From: Hormiphora californensis
Taxonomy: Eukaryota; Animalia; Ctenophora
DNA: 64,000 nucleotides
Direction of reading: 5' to 3'
Assembly (NCBI GenBank): GCA_020137815.1
Contig: CM035355.1
Location: forward strand, 2,170,001-2,234,000
The notes under the pieces were generated by a model. The model did no database searches. It saw nothing but the letters and a program-made list of their open reading frames with translations, and had not been told where the DNA came from. The position numbers and the translations under genes are program-made. Below, one piece after another: positions 37,501 to 48,396 of this stretch (positions are counted from its first letter, which is position 1; every line of letters begins with the position of its first letter).

Positions 37501-40500
37501 AAAGATGGTGGGTTCAGTGATGGGAGTTGTAAGGATTGCCCCGAGGGTTGGGCAAGTGATCCGGGATCCAGCAAGTGTAGGAGATGTCTTGAACCCATTA
37601 CTAAAGGTTATTGTCCCTGTCCACACGGTTCTGTTTTCAATGTTGCCCACGGATGTACCTCTTGTCCCACTGGGACGTACCATGTTGACTTCCGGTGTGA
37701 TGCCTGCCCAGATGACGCTGATTCAGAGCCTGGATCTACTACTTGTGATTGTGGCACAGCCGCTGTCTGGAACAAAGATACAGGGCTATGTGAGGTGTGT
37801 GAGGAAGGCAGTGTAAACGTGGATGAGGTGTGCACTGTGTGTGAGCTGGGAGTGGAAATGGGAAGGTGTAAGTGTGAGAAAGGCATGGGATGGGACTTTG
37901 GCACTCAATCGTGTACGGAGTGTTCCGGAGGCGAGTATGTGACAGATTCCGGATGTACTAAGTGCCCCGATTTCATGATCCCTAACGGGGGACAAGACGG
38001 ACTGTGTGTACTGTGCTGATAATGAATACTGGAATAGTGGGGTGTGTACCAAATGTAAGAGTGGTGAAATAGGACGATTTGATAATTGTGTTGAAAGTGC
38101 AAAACTCATCGGAACTTCATCGGATGCATCGTGGCGTATACCAGCTATTATTGCCGGTATCCTCTGTTTCATTTGTATTGCTTTGACTCTTGTCTCGGTG
38201 CGATTAAGAAGGGAGGTTGGACTGTTGAGAAAGAGGGGCATGGTCGAGGTTGAGGAATTGGGACCGATCGGTGCAGTCGAGATTGGGTTTGATAATCCCC
38301 ACTATACCGGTGATGAGGTACATTTGTTACCGGGTTCCGGGGACACTCAGATGTGATGGTGGGAGGAACTTCCAGAGCTCACAGGAAATGAAGTTAGTAC
38401 AGATGTAATGGAGGGATGCGAGGATTCCAAAAGATAGTGACCCCAGAACTAATGCTTGGAAAAGTTTGGACTGGTTATTATAGGAGCACAGAGACACTCG
38501 AACACTAGATTTCGACAAAACTTTGCGAACAAACTTGAATCAAGTTCAGCGTATGATCAGATAGGAAATATTTTAGGAACCCAGTTTTATTTTTCATATT
38601 TTGTATAATACATCCACATTCCACACACCGTGCCAGATGCATGTGTCAGAGACTCTTAGTATTTATAGTCGAAAACCACTCCAAGTGATCACTATAGTAA
38701 CTTTACACTCTCTTCTTTCTTTTAACATTTTGTACATAATGACATCTCTTCGACTGAAGTTACCTAAGCGTCATCATCGTGTGTGATTTGATACAAATAG
38801 AATACCTCACACAATACACAACGTGTTAGTATAATAATCCCAAACAAATCATGATCATAGCAGTGGTACGCTGTGTAACCAACCACTTTGAATCACCCAA
38901 GCAGTAGTAACCACCCATGGCATACCCGGTACAAGTTTTATTAACTTCACCCAAACGGCTAACAATTACCTGTACTTGTTCCTTTGACCACCCAACCACC
39001 CATGACCCATGACTTGAATGACCCATGTACAATTACCTCTTTTCAGTATCAGCCAGTTGTTCCTTTAGTCCATTTAGTTCTGCAACTAGCTCCTCTCTCC
39101 TCTCCACTTCCTTCCTGCGCTCCTGCCCAGATGCCTCCAGAGACTCCTTCAATTCAGCACTCCTGTCCTCAGATTCTTTTAAAAACTGATTCTGTAACAT
39201 ACGTGTGGTTGAACTTTATGGAGAATTACATCACATCCGTTCTGCCACATCGTAAATTATAGCTCGAAGGCTTAGTCCAATAAGTTACGATGTGGCAGAA
39301 CCGGCGTGCAATGTGCATCATGCCACAAAACTTCAATGAAAATGGTTTAATATTGGTAAAAAGACGCCTGATGGTCCGGGTCATATCGCACGAACCATGC
39401 TCTCAGTCTGCTGCTTATACTCTTCCTCCATCTTGGTCATTCTAGCAGTTGTCTCGTCTATAAGATGCTGTAGAGCACCCTGTTGACTATCCCGCTCCTT
39501 CGCTCTTTCAGCTTGATCATCTTCCCTCTGGCGAGCCAGCTGTGGGTATAAAAAGGTCTAAACCTAAAGAGCCTTGGAGGACACAAAGTATCTAACAATA
39601 GGCAAAATATCAACAAATCAACTCAAAGCTCGGACAGATCAATTTGTGACATACCCTTGCCTCCCACTCTTTTTTCATGTTGGCCGCAGAATGAGCCTGG
39701 GTATTTTTAAATTCGTACGCCTGTCGTTCCTTTTGTTCTTTCAGCCGGGCATTATCGTCTAACAACTGAGGGAGCAATCACTAATTAGTTCTACTGTTAC
39801 AGAGTCGAATAATGACAGTGTACGCTGACAGGCACCACTGTTCTCGTGCGATCCGAAGCACGGGAAGAGTGGTCAGTCATCACACCGACGGATTCCACAG
39901 GAAAGTTGGTAACCTTGGTAACCCTGGGTTACTTACCTGTTGTAACCTCCGATCGAGGCCCCTATTCTGATTTTCCAGCTGCAGAACTTTACCACGGTAC
40001 TCCGACCTAAACTCCTCCACTTCCTTCGTCTTTTTATCCAAAATCTGGTGAGGAAATAGCGTGGAAACTAGTGAGTAGTGTGGTAAGATTGGTTGACTGG
40101 ACAGGTTGGTGAGCTATGTGCAGGTTAGTGAGCTATGTGAAAAAAGGAAGTGTACCTTCTGTAACAGTTCGTCATGGTACCGCTGAATCTTCATTCTCTC
40201 CTCGTTATACCGGTTGCTGAGGAGCCGTTCCTTCATCTGCAGTTCCTTCTCAATAATGCCCTGTAGTGAAGGCTAGATACGAATAGAAATGGAATAAACT
40301 TTTCTACGAATTACGAAACACGTACAATTTTTTCGATTCTAATTTCGAAGCTAATTTTTCCCCTCTCTCTCATGCCAAATCCATCTCTATCTCTCTCACT
40401 TTCGTATTTTATCTTTCTCCCCTTGTTTCAGCCTTTCTCATCTCTCTCCTCTCTTCATTTCATGAATATATGTGACACAGCCGCCAGGTGCAGTCAGGCG

Positions 40501-43377
40501 TCCATAAACTGGTCAAGTCGCAAGACATTCCTTCTACACTCCCTCCATCTGCACACATTTTCATTTCCTCTGATCTACGGTATTCTATTTCTTTCTGATG
40601 TTTTCCTTGAAATACAGAACTACTATTTTGGTTTGCACACCGGTAAATATATTAATATTTTAGTTAGCACTTGTCTTCGCTCATTTATCACCCTATAACA
40701 CGACCCATGATCTCAAGCCGCGCTACTAAACAAGAACGTGTATCACGTGACTAAACCACGTGACTCAAATAGTTACCCTGTAGTTGGGTGGTCCACCAGC
40801 ATTCTCAGACTGATCCACAGCAGCTAGGGTTGTCCCCTGACTTGGCATTATCAAACCACTATCCAACAAACCTAGGAGAGAATTGTTAAGTTCATTATTT
40901 TGTTGGTGATGTCATCCCCTCACAGGATTCTTTTGCCACGCCTTGCGCGGGCCGTGGCTGGCAGCTGAGCTAGGGGAGACTGCGTTACCAAATTATTTTT
41001 CTGTCTGGCCAGCTGAAAGTGATTATTGTATAGTTCTATTTTTGATTGTTATAGTACTTACCAGCTTGTTGCAGTAACGGCCGACCCGGTGTCGAGGAAT
41101 AAATCTGATAGGAAGGGAGAGAAAGATGGGTAATATGATAGAGATTAGAGATGAATATAATATGTAGAATGGCTAAGTAGAAACAGTGTAGAAACAGGGG
41201 CCTATATATTTCGTGGAAATGAAAGACAGAAAGGGGGCTCTGAGAATGAACATGTGAGGCTCGGATTGTGAGCATAGAAAATACGAGGCAGGTGGTGGAT
41301 TGCACTACGGGAATGTCGCTAATGATCATCCAATAAACCATGCAGCTGGCTTTCACTCTCCGTACTATTCTCCACTTATCCCTTTCGACTGATAGGTACA
41401 CACCCTCTACTTTTCTAACTCTCTATATTGCACTCCACTAATATTGCCCTATGCTTTTCTAACCCTAACTATACACCTTTCTTTCACTTTTCAGTATTTG
41501 CTAAAGACACTTGTTCCTTGTTAGACCCAGATTCATTGTTTCAATTGAAATTTTAGCAAATATGTTTCACATGATAATTGCTGGTATAATTGCAAGTAGT
41601 GGACTTCTCTTCAACGCATTTTCACTCTACTACTTCATTAGGAGTAGACACAAGGTAACAAAGGTTGCATGTAAATAATTTCAGTATGAATCCTGCCATT
41701 TTAAACCTGCCTTTATTTCTAACAGAGCGTTGGTCAGTACCTCTTTATCCTTCTTAACGCAGTTGATTTGTTCGTCTGTGTAATAACAGCCCCAGCAATG
41801 GCCTTCTTTTACGACGGTATGCAGACAGTAATCAATATTTTCTGGTTGTCATGGTAACAATTCTGTACAGCGTTGTTGTTCATTTCTCATCCATAACAAC
41901 TAAGGTTTCCATGGTAACGCTAAATCAACATTTTATCCATTTCAGAGACACTTTCGGAGCTCTATGTTTCGATCGTGTGGGGCTCATTTCGTATTGGTAC
42001 GAATGTGAGTGTGTTTGTGACCACGACCCTCAGTGTGGTCCGGATGGTCGCCCTGATAAATCCATTTCATCCTATCAAGCAGAAATCCAGAGTTACCCTA
42101 GTGGTTCTGGGATATCTGATTTATTGTGTTGTGCGAGAGAGCCCTTACCGGTACATCAAGTGAGTTTTTAAATCACAATTTTAGACTCGGATCAGCGTTA
42201 AACTAAACACCGAGTTGTAAATTTACAGCTTCTCTCAAACTCCCCTGCACATATTTCATGTTTATGCTAATTGAAGGGGACAATGATAATTGCCCTCTGT
42301 AACTCTCGGTCTAGCAATGTGGCCATCTGTGTTGTCATTTTGAGAGTAGAGCGAGATAATATGGAAGATGAAGTTGAGGGCTCATCTAACACTCCTTCTC
42401 TCTCTCCTCTAGGTACTACCTAAAGTGTTGCCCTAACTACCAGAGATCTTGTCAGATTCTCAATGTCGTGGATATGGCGGTTATGATTTGCGTTGGGTCC
42501 ATCTCTAGTGGAGTTTCAATCCACAAGCTGAGGAGCTCAAAAGAGCAGTCAGTAGGGTGGGAACAAAAGTACCACGCGAATGTTACTGTTGCAATTCTCA
42601 CTTCCCTTGCGTTTGTCTGTAATCTCACATATCTGGCGGTATATGTGAAGTATGTGTTTGGATCGAGCTGTGACCAGGATGCAGATACATATCAGGACTA
42701 CTTCAATGTCGTTATCATGACCATACCCCTCAATTCAATGTTCAATCCCGTGGTGTATGTGATCCGAAAAAAGGAAATGAGGAATTTTATAAAGTTGTTG
42801 ATTCAGTGCAAGGACCTACCGGCCGTGCCCTCAGTGGCTCTCCCCTCCCACTAAGCACTTCATCCTCAGATGTTATACTCAGGTCGGGCAAGGAGGCAGC
42901 CTTTTTGTGTGAACTGGGGGTGTGGGAAAGTTTCCGTTTATCGCTCGGCCCTGGCTGCGAGTCTAGGAACATTGTGACTGATGATGGTAGGGGATCCACT
43001 GGGCCACCGGGTGGCGAGGAGAGGAAGGGTTCTCCAACGGAGTTTCGTTCTAACATAGTTCGGAGGAGTTCAGCGTGTTGATTTCTTGTGATCTTCCATC
43101 TCTTGTCTGTGGTGTTGGGTTCGTTCAATTTCCGGACCCATGATGCAATTCTTTTCTGATCTGAAAACGGTAGTTAATAATGAACGAGATATTTCTAATC
43201 GAAACGAGATGTTTTGTTCAAACTCCGAGTAACACTGTCGAGCACTTTCGCCAGCATCTCTTCTCAAATCAAGGAACGAGGTGTGATGGACTGTCTCTTA
43301 CCTTCCTTGTCTGGTAACCTCAGTACGAGAGGTTCTAGCTGTGCAACAAGATCTGTGTATACCAAATCTGCACTCAT
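16584..43377 (-). CDS. CEP112: Centrosomal protein CEP112 (N-terminal DUF4485 plus long coiled coil), about 21 exons
   Basis: N-terminus LEPLVLRLPDKE-DQKRIASWVRKLNEP...RNQHAELLRTMLERNSVGEPFLSSPPGGPVDPLP; IIEKELQMKERLLSNRYNEERMKIQRYHDELLQK-ILDKKTKEVEE; C-terminus YEEKIKG-SVSAGVREELEETIAALKTQSTILEQKATILQSEL. All parallel vertebrate CEP112. Phase matches across the 15.95-kb intron (AG|G TTA). Confidence 0.9.
18454..18596. mobile_element. Short hairpin MITE
   Basis: Imperfect inverted arms taacaaa..gaaacgattcaaatggt..aaacaaat.tttcactaccacggatgg and ccatccgtggtagtgaaa.atttgttt..accatttgaatcgtttc..tttgtta. Confidence 0.7.
18660..18839 (+). mobile_element. Dispersed repeat, Helentron/HINE-like fragment (copy 2)
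   Basis: tttttccctgcccgggtg..tttttagcacgcacgtgctaaaaa..gtccgtccgtcacggacaacgc. Inverted homologue of 8723-8920. Confidence 0.55.
23306..38356 (+). CDS. Large type I membrane scavenger receptor: signal peptide, 13 SRCR-like domains, a galactose-binding/discoidin-like domain, 2 WSC-like domains, Cys-rich repeats, TM and FDNPHY tail. Nested antisense in a CEP112 intron.
   Basis: Signal peptide MNLVEISLLLLLITAGDS. Thirteen G(T/A/V)(V/I)Cxx.F....A..IC..(M/L)G(Y/F) motifs near 23660, 25390, 26335, 27115, 28170, 28970, 29515, 30355, 31840, 34390, 35210, 36085 and 36970, each followed by HNC.H.EDV.L.C-type ends. LGCW.D...AIPSLE modules at 32.4-33.3 kb. CxxC repeats 37.4-38.1 kb. TM IPAIIAGILCFICIALTLVSV. 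One frameshift near 38001. Confidence 0.88.
23773..24918 (+). repeat. Tandem duplication of about 450-500 bp containing a 153-bp SRCR exon
   Basis: Copy 1 ~23773-24290 (exon 23906-24058) and copy 2 ~24470-24918 (exon 24613-24765), separated by a MITE right half. Confidence 0.92.
24291..24467. mobile_element. Right half of a pogo/Tigger-like MITE
   Basis: Repeated taaatcgggg units ending ...ggtccgactg|TA, the same terminus family as 25040-25211. No left TIR present. Confidence 0.7.
25040..25211. mobile_element. pogo/Tigger-like MITE
   Basis: TA|cagtcggaccccgattta...taaatcggggttcgactg|TA with internal ccccgatttaccgg repeats. Confidence 0.88.
27337..27490. repeat. 22-bp minisatellite x7 that includes a splice donor
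   Basis: Unit cgtgtgGTA(A/G)GT(t/c)(g/a)cttagcaa. The first unit overlaps the exon end at 27342. Confidence 0.95.
33629..34280 (+). mobile_element. Two head-to-tail non-autonomous Helitron-like elements (33629-34067 and 34068-34280)
   Basis: a|TC start. Both copies share a ~75-bp 5' block (attataa...caaatgcgtggcgtgatga...cacgtgcaaatagaggggggttgccaaggaggtg) and the 3' end tcaa(t/c)gggctttCTAG|t. The subterminal hairpin is only imperfect. Confidence 0.6.
41562..42854 (+). CDS. Rhodopsin-class (class A-like) orphan GPCR, 4 exons, nested antisense in CEP112 intron 2
   Basis: TM1 GLLFNAFSLYYF, TM2 LFILLNAVDLFVC, TM3 SVFVTTTLSVVRMVALINPF, TM6 ANVTVAILTSLAFVCNL, TM7 IPLNSMFNPVVYVIR. GT-AG introns. 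Confidence 0.88.
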
Positions 43378-43541
43378 ATTAACATTCTAAACCAATCAAA
43401 TTGGATTGTTAGTTGTTATAATTGCTCCATTGAATTAAAACCAATTTTAACTTAATGAAGAAAACAACATTGTATATGTAGTAGCTGACAGCTGTACCCC
43501 AATAAAAACATCAAAATTCAAGTGATTTTCACAGATTGCAA

Positions 43542-44411
43542 TTAGCTCTGAAGGTTTGAAACACTGTAACAAAACAACTCACTGCTTCCCGGGACAAAAT
43601 GAACGTTTGGCAGACGTCCAAAATTCTCTCGAAAATACACTGTCCTTGTGTCAGGGTCTTCATTAGTAACAGATAACAATACATCACAGCTTTCGATAAC
43701 AGTTTTTATAGGTTCAGGTTGTTTTGAAAATACAAACACATCCAAACACCCCTTATCTACGATAATGATACGGTTCCTAAAAGATTCTTCATTTCGCTGA
43801 AATTCGGGGTACTCTCCGTAAATTGATTTATCTCGTAGTGGAAAATACTGAAGAGTTTTAGTAAACTGAGATACGTTTGTAACGTCCAAAAGACTGCAAT
43901 ACATCCTTGGGTAGAGCATTTGAAAGTTATTGAACTCATCAACTCTTGTTTTGTATTTTGGTCCACCATTCCGTGTATTTGTCTCTTTGTCATCTCCAAA
44001 CTTTCCCTTGACAATTTCCAGACATTTTGGTGATACATCCGTGGTAATGCCTATGATGCTGTTATTCCATTGTTTCAAGGATCCTAGAAGGCGTGGTAAA
44101 ATAGGTGCAGTACCGCAACCAATCTCGAGTAATATGTTTGTCCGATCAGACGAGAGAAAAGATCGATCCGTTATTATCTTTGACAAAACAGGGGCGATTT
44201 CCTTTGAAGAACAATACCAAGAAGGTTGTCTCCCTGATCTGTATTCATTTTCCCAGGTCTCGGGATTGGCTAGATCATTTAAAATGGACGGTGGAGGTAC
44301 ATCCGAAGAAAAGTCCGTAGCGAGAAATGCTGTCTGCGGACGGAGATTTATCGGAGAGTGTTTTTGACGCAATAATCCATTGATAAGGGACCTTAACTTG
44401 ATTACTGACAT
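43542..44411 (-). CDS. CSKMT: Citrate synthase-lysine N-methyltransferase-like (METTL12 family), single exon
   Basis: 289-aa ORF with W(EN)EY start motif, SAM motif I LLEIGCGT, IVDKGCLD and EDPDTR (compare METTL12 EDPDVR). Arg/Leu/Ser-rich N-terminus resembles a mitochondrial presequence. Confidence 0.75.
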   Translation of the reverse strand: MSVIKLRSLINGLLRQKHSPINLRPQTAFLATDFSSDVPPPSILNDLANPETWENEYRSGRQPSWYCSSKEIAPVLSKIITDRSFLSSDRTNILLEIGCGTAPILPRLLGSLKQWNNSIIGITTDVSPKCLEIVKGKFGDDKETNTRNGGPKYKTRVDEFNNFQMLYPRMYCSLLDVTNVSQFTKTLQYFPLRDKSIYGEYPEFQRNEESFRNRIIIVDKGCLDVFVFSKQPEPIKTVIESCDVLLSVTNEDPDTRTVYFRENFGRLPNVHFVPGSSELFCYSVSNLQS

Positions 44412-44650
44412 GATGAACGGAGTTTACATGGACTCACGTCGTCCATTAAACGGTTAACAAAGCAGTAAACAGACAAAACGGTTCGGAGACCGAAAAACAA
44501 AAAAAAATCGCGACAACAGCAAAAAAACGTTTGCGTCGCGAATTTAAAAAACGGATATTTTTGCGAGGCATATAACGGAGCGCGCGAAAATATAAAATTA
44601 TTCAGTGCTTTATTGTGCCGCGCGCCTTTTATTTCCAAATCAAGAAATTA

Positions 44651-44790
44651 GTGGAAGCTCTTACGGTGTTCCCACGCCCGTGGGAAAAGAGAGATAGATA
44701 GAAATACTAAGAGAGAGAAAATTCTCTCTTTTAGTATTTCTATCTATCTCTCTTTTCCCACGGTCGTGGGAATACCGTAAGAGCTTCCAC
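44651..44790. mobile_element. Hairpin MITE with TA flanks
   Basis: ta|gtggaagctcttacggt...accgtaagagcttccac|ta with near-perfect arms of about 68 bp. Confidence 0.8.
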
Positions 44791-45001
44791 TAAATGAAAC
44801 TGGCTCAGATTTTTTGGCTGAAAGGCGGATTTTTTAAAACTGTCCTCCCCTTTTTGCATTACGGATCGCTGCTCCACCCCCTTGATAAGATAGAGACTTA
44901 AAATTTAGAGGTTAGGACTATCATGGCAAGTTCTTCCTAACTTCCAAATTTAAAGTCACAATTTTATCAGGAACCAGAAACATCTCTGATACAATACCAA
45001 C

Positions 45002-45331
45002 TTGAGAAAAGCACTGCACTTTCTCCCAGTAGCTGAGAGAATTGAGTTCAAAGTATGTGTACTGGTGTATAAATGTGTCAACGGTGTTGCACCTGGCTAC
45101 TTATCTGACCGAATTCAAAAAAGAAGGAGGAAATCTATGAGTCTCAGAAAAGATGACGACAACCTTCTCTTGGAGACACCAAGGGCTAGGTATAAACTAA
45201 ACGAAAGTGCCTTCAGTGTATGCGGCCCGAAGTTTTGGAACCAATTGCCAAGAAGACTTAGATCTGCCGAATCCTTAAACAGTTTTGAAAGAGATCTGAA
45301 GACGCATCTGTTTGGAAAGGTATTTGGGTAG
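45002..45331 (+). mobile_element. 5'-truncated LINE (L2/CR1 group) ORF2 C-terminus
   Basis: LHFLPVAERIEFKVCVLVYKCVNGVAPGYL...AFSVCGPKFWNQLP..LR...SLNSF...LKTHLF, the typical post-RT tail of L2/Crack-like elements. Confidence 0.88.
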
Positions 45332-45432
45332 TTTTGGCGTTAGAAGTCTTCTGTGTGGGTTGTGGTTTGTTTTCTGTCCTGGCGTTTGCGTTAGGCTTTG
45401 GTTGCATCGGGGGTTTGTAGTGTGGTCTTCCG

Positions 45433-45712
45433 GTGGAGTCTGTGAAGTGGTGGTGGGGTCTGTGAAGTGGTGGTGGAGTCTGTGAAGTGGTGATGGTGGT
45501 GTCTGTGAAGTGGTGGTGGAGTCTGTGAAGTGGTGGTGTCTGTGAAGTGGTGGTGAGGTCTGTGAAGTGGTGGTGGAGTCTGTGAAGTGGTGGTGAAGTT
45601 TGTGAAGTGGTGGTGGAGTCTGTGAAGTGGTGGTGGAGTCTGTGAAGTGGTGGTGGAGTCTGTGAAGTGGCGGTGGAGTCTGTGAAGTGGTGGTGAAGTA
45701 TGTGAAGTGGTG
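45433..45712. repeat. 20-bp minisatellite (tgtgaagtggtggtggagtc), about 14 copies
   Basis: Directly visible array just after the LINE ORF end. Confidence 0.93.
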
Positions 45713-45927
45713 GCGTAGCATGTGATGTGGTGGTAGGGTCTTTGAAGTGGTGCCTCTTTTGGCTTTGAAGTGAGGTTTTGAGGTGATCTGCTGAGTCTCG
45801 GTTTGGAGTTTTAGATTCATCGTGGGATAGGCTGTGGGAAAGGCTGTGTTGTGGTGAAGTCTCGGATGGGAGGTCTTTCCTTTTACGTCCTACATTCCTC
45901 TACTGTGCTACATTCCTATCATTACTA

Positions 45928-46692
45928 ACGGGTGACAACTAAAAATCTGGACAATTTTCTGTGAGCTCTAGCGCCGTCCCCGTTTGAGATACAGCTTCAG
46001 GACAATGATAGAACGATTTTTCAGACAATTTTGAATCAGAATAACATAACGGGAAAGACTAAAAATTTCATTTTCATTGCCATATCGCATCATTTCCTCT
46101 TGGCCCACCAAAGCATGTAGTACGGAGATTTGAGATTTCTATGTGATCAGAAACAAACTTCCCGATGAAATAGAATTCTCAAAATTGGAAGTCTGGTAGT
46201 TCATGCCATAACCAACATAACTGCCAAGTTTCAACATTCTAGCTCATCAGGAAGTTGGTTTTCCACGTCATAAATGTTTCGAGAGATCGTCAAAATGGCG
46301 ATTTCTCAAATTACCTGTAAACTACGATTTGAAAGGTTTGTTACAGATGATTCTGTGATCAGAATTGAGATTAACGGAGTGTGAAACAAAGTTAATTTCG
46401 TTCAAAATTGTCTGAAAAATCATTCTATCGCTGCCCCGAAGCTGTATCTCAAAAAGAACAGGCGCTAGAGGTGCTAGAAAAGTGTGTAAATTTCACGTAA
46501 TACATGCTTTGGTGGGGCAAGAGGAAATGATGCGATATTGCAATGAAAATGAACTTTTAAGTCTATCCCGTTGTGTTATTCTGATTCAAAATTGTCTGAA
46601 AAATCGTTCTATCACTGTCTTGAAGCTGTATCTCAAACGGGGACGGCGCTAGAGCTCACAGAAAATTGTCCAGATTTTTAGTTGTCACCCGT
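45928..46692. mobile_element. Tc1/mariner-type MITE with TIRs of about 190 bp
   Basis: ta|acgggtgacaactaaaaatctggacaattttctgtgagctctagcgccgtc... is mirrored at ...gttgtcacccgt|ta. A degenerate internal copy of part of the arm lies at ~46400-46490. Confidence 0.88.
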
Positions 46693-47779
46693 TACATTCC
46701 TATTTTGACTACATCCCCTATAACTACATCATCATCTGAAGTCGTTTCCTCCAACATATGAGTAGAGTAGGGGTCTGATATCATGTCAAGAGTGTCGAGT
46801 TTTTTGAGTATATTTTCTGGTTGTATTGTGACAGTGTGTGTTGAGTTTCTTTCCTTTCTGGCTAGAGTAGAGTCATAGGTTCTTTGAGCGAGCGAGTGAG
46901 CCAGCCTGAACAATGTTCAGTGAACATCACGGAGGGTATTACGTTCTCGAAGACATCAAGACGATAAACATACATGGACTTTATACGAGTGTGTTTGGAG
47001 AATAGACTCTAGAGTTTCTAAGTTGGGCAGCTCTTAATTTTATATCTTCTCTATCCTAGTTACCTTAAAATTACTTTAAATTAGAACCTAAATACTTACG
47101 TCTAGTACAGTTATCTATCTTACAGCTTACTATAATTAGCTTAACGTTTTTATCGTACATTAAATTTTAAACCCAACCGCATTAATTAACTTATTCTGAC
47201 TGGCCATTGCACTGGTCTCCTGCCTTATTATTTTTTTACCGCTCCAATTAATTAATTTATTAACAGCTTTGTATTTAACCTATCTGACTGACCTCTGGTC
47301 TCTTGCTTTTTATTTTTCTACCTCGTTATTCATTAATTTATTACCAGCTTCTTTAGAATTTTCCATAGGCCATTTATTAGATCATAACCTTATATAGCAA
47401 TTAATATGGTTAGTGTGTATTACCTTATCGGTTATCCTGTTACAGTTACTTTATCTATTAACTAATTACTTAGCTATTCGCCTCCTTTTTAGATCACTAG
47501 CCTTTTACTTGAATTAATTATTAAACTATACTACTTACTTAGTATTTACTCTATGTACTTATTAATCAACAGTTAATTATCTAACTAGTTAATTATCTAA
47601 CTAGTTAATTATCAATTATCTAACTAGTTAATTTCTCAATTATCTAACTACTTAATCACTCATCGAATTAATTACGCTATTTCTTAATTAGATATTTTAT
47701 AACCCTTATTTTCTACATACATTTATATATATTATATCGAATGACTGCCGACGGTTTTTTAAGGCCTTTAGGATCTTAT

Positions 47780-47935
47780 AATCCTATAAGAGCCGCTTTA
47801 GAAGGCTTGTTAGCGGTGGGTGCGTTGCTTCAATCGACTGATTGAAACGGCGTCCTCCTAGCACTAACAATGCATAGGCCCAAAAGCGGGATATAAATTA
47901 TAATTGTAATTGTAATTGTAATTGTAATTGTAATT
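47780..47935 (+). mobile_element. Probable LINE/SINE 3' end with (taattg)n tail
   Basis: ...aggcccaaaagcgggatataaat followed by about 5-6 taattg units. Resembles L2-group 3' ends and may be the far end of the 45002 element. Confidence 0.45.
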
Positions 47936-48396
47936 TTTACGAACTCCTGGGGTAGGGGCAGTTTTTAAATATCAGGAAGGTATCTCTAGTGAAAGAACAG
48001 GGATCGCCGCAATTCTAGGGCCTGGTGGATCCAACGGGTGCACACTGCACACTGCACAGACCTATCGCTTTATGCACATCCCCCGCTGAGAATTTTAGTG
48101 ACTGCCGAGTACCGCATCTCAAATTAATTTGTTTGAAGATTCACACAGGAAAAATTCTAGCACGTGCGCAGAGTTTACGGAGAGAGAAGTTGTCCCTCAT
48201 TCCACAACGTATCCAAATGCTCAGAGAGCTATGCTCTACAGCCTCCAACAATAATGTCCAATTATGTTTCTGAAAGTAATATTCAGTCAATTCACAAGTT
48301 CGTGGAGTGATCCGACAAGCGGTTTTCCCTGCCCAATTGTTACAATTTTACAATTGTTACAATTTTACAATTTCCTAGCAATTTTATAGCACAACT

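Noticed and set aside
37279-38241. Several minus-strand ORFs
   Set aside because: Antisense shadows of the Cys-rich receptor exon.
45275-45820. 181-aa His/Thr-rich minus-strand ORF
   Set aside because: Derived from the 20-bp minisatellite and the antisense of the LINE end.
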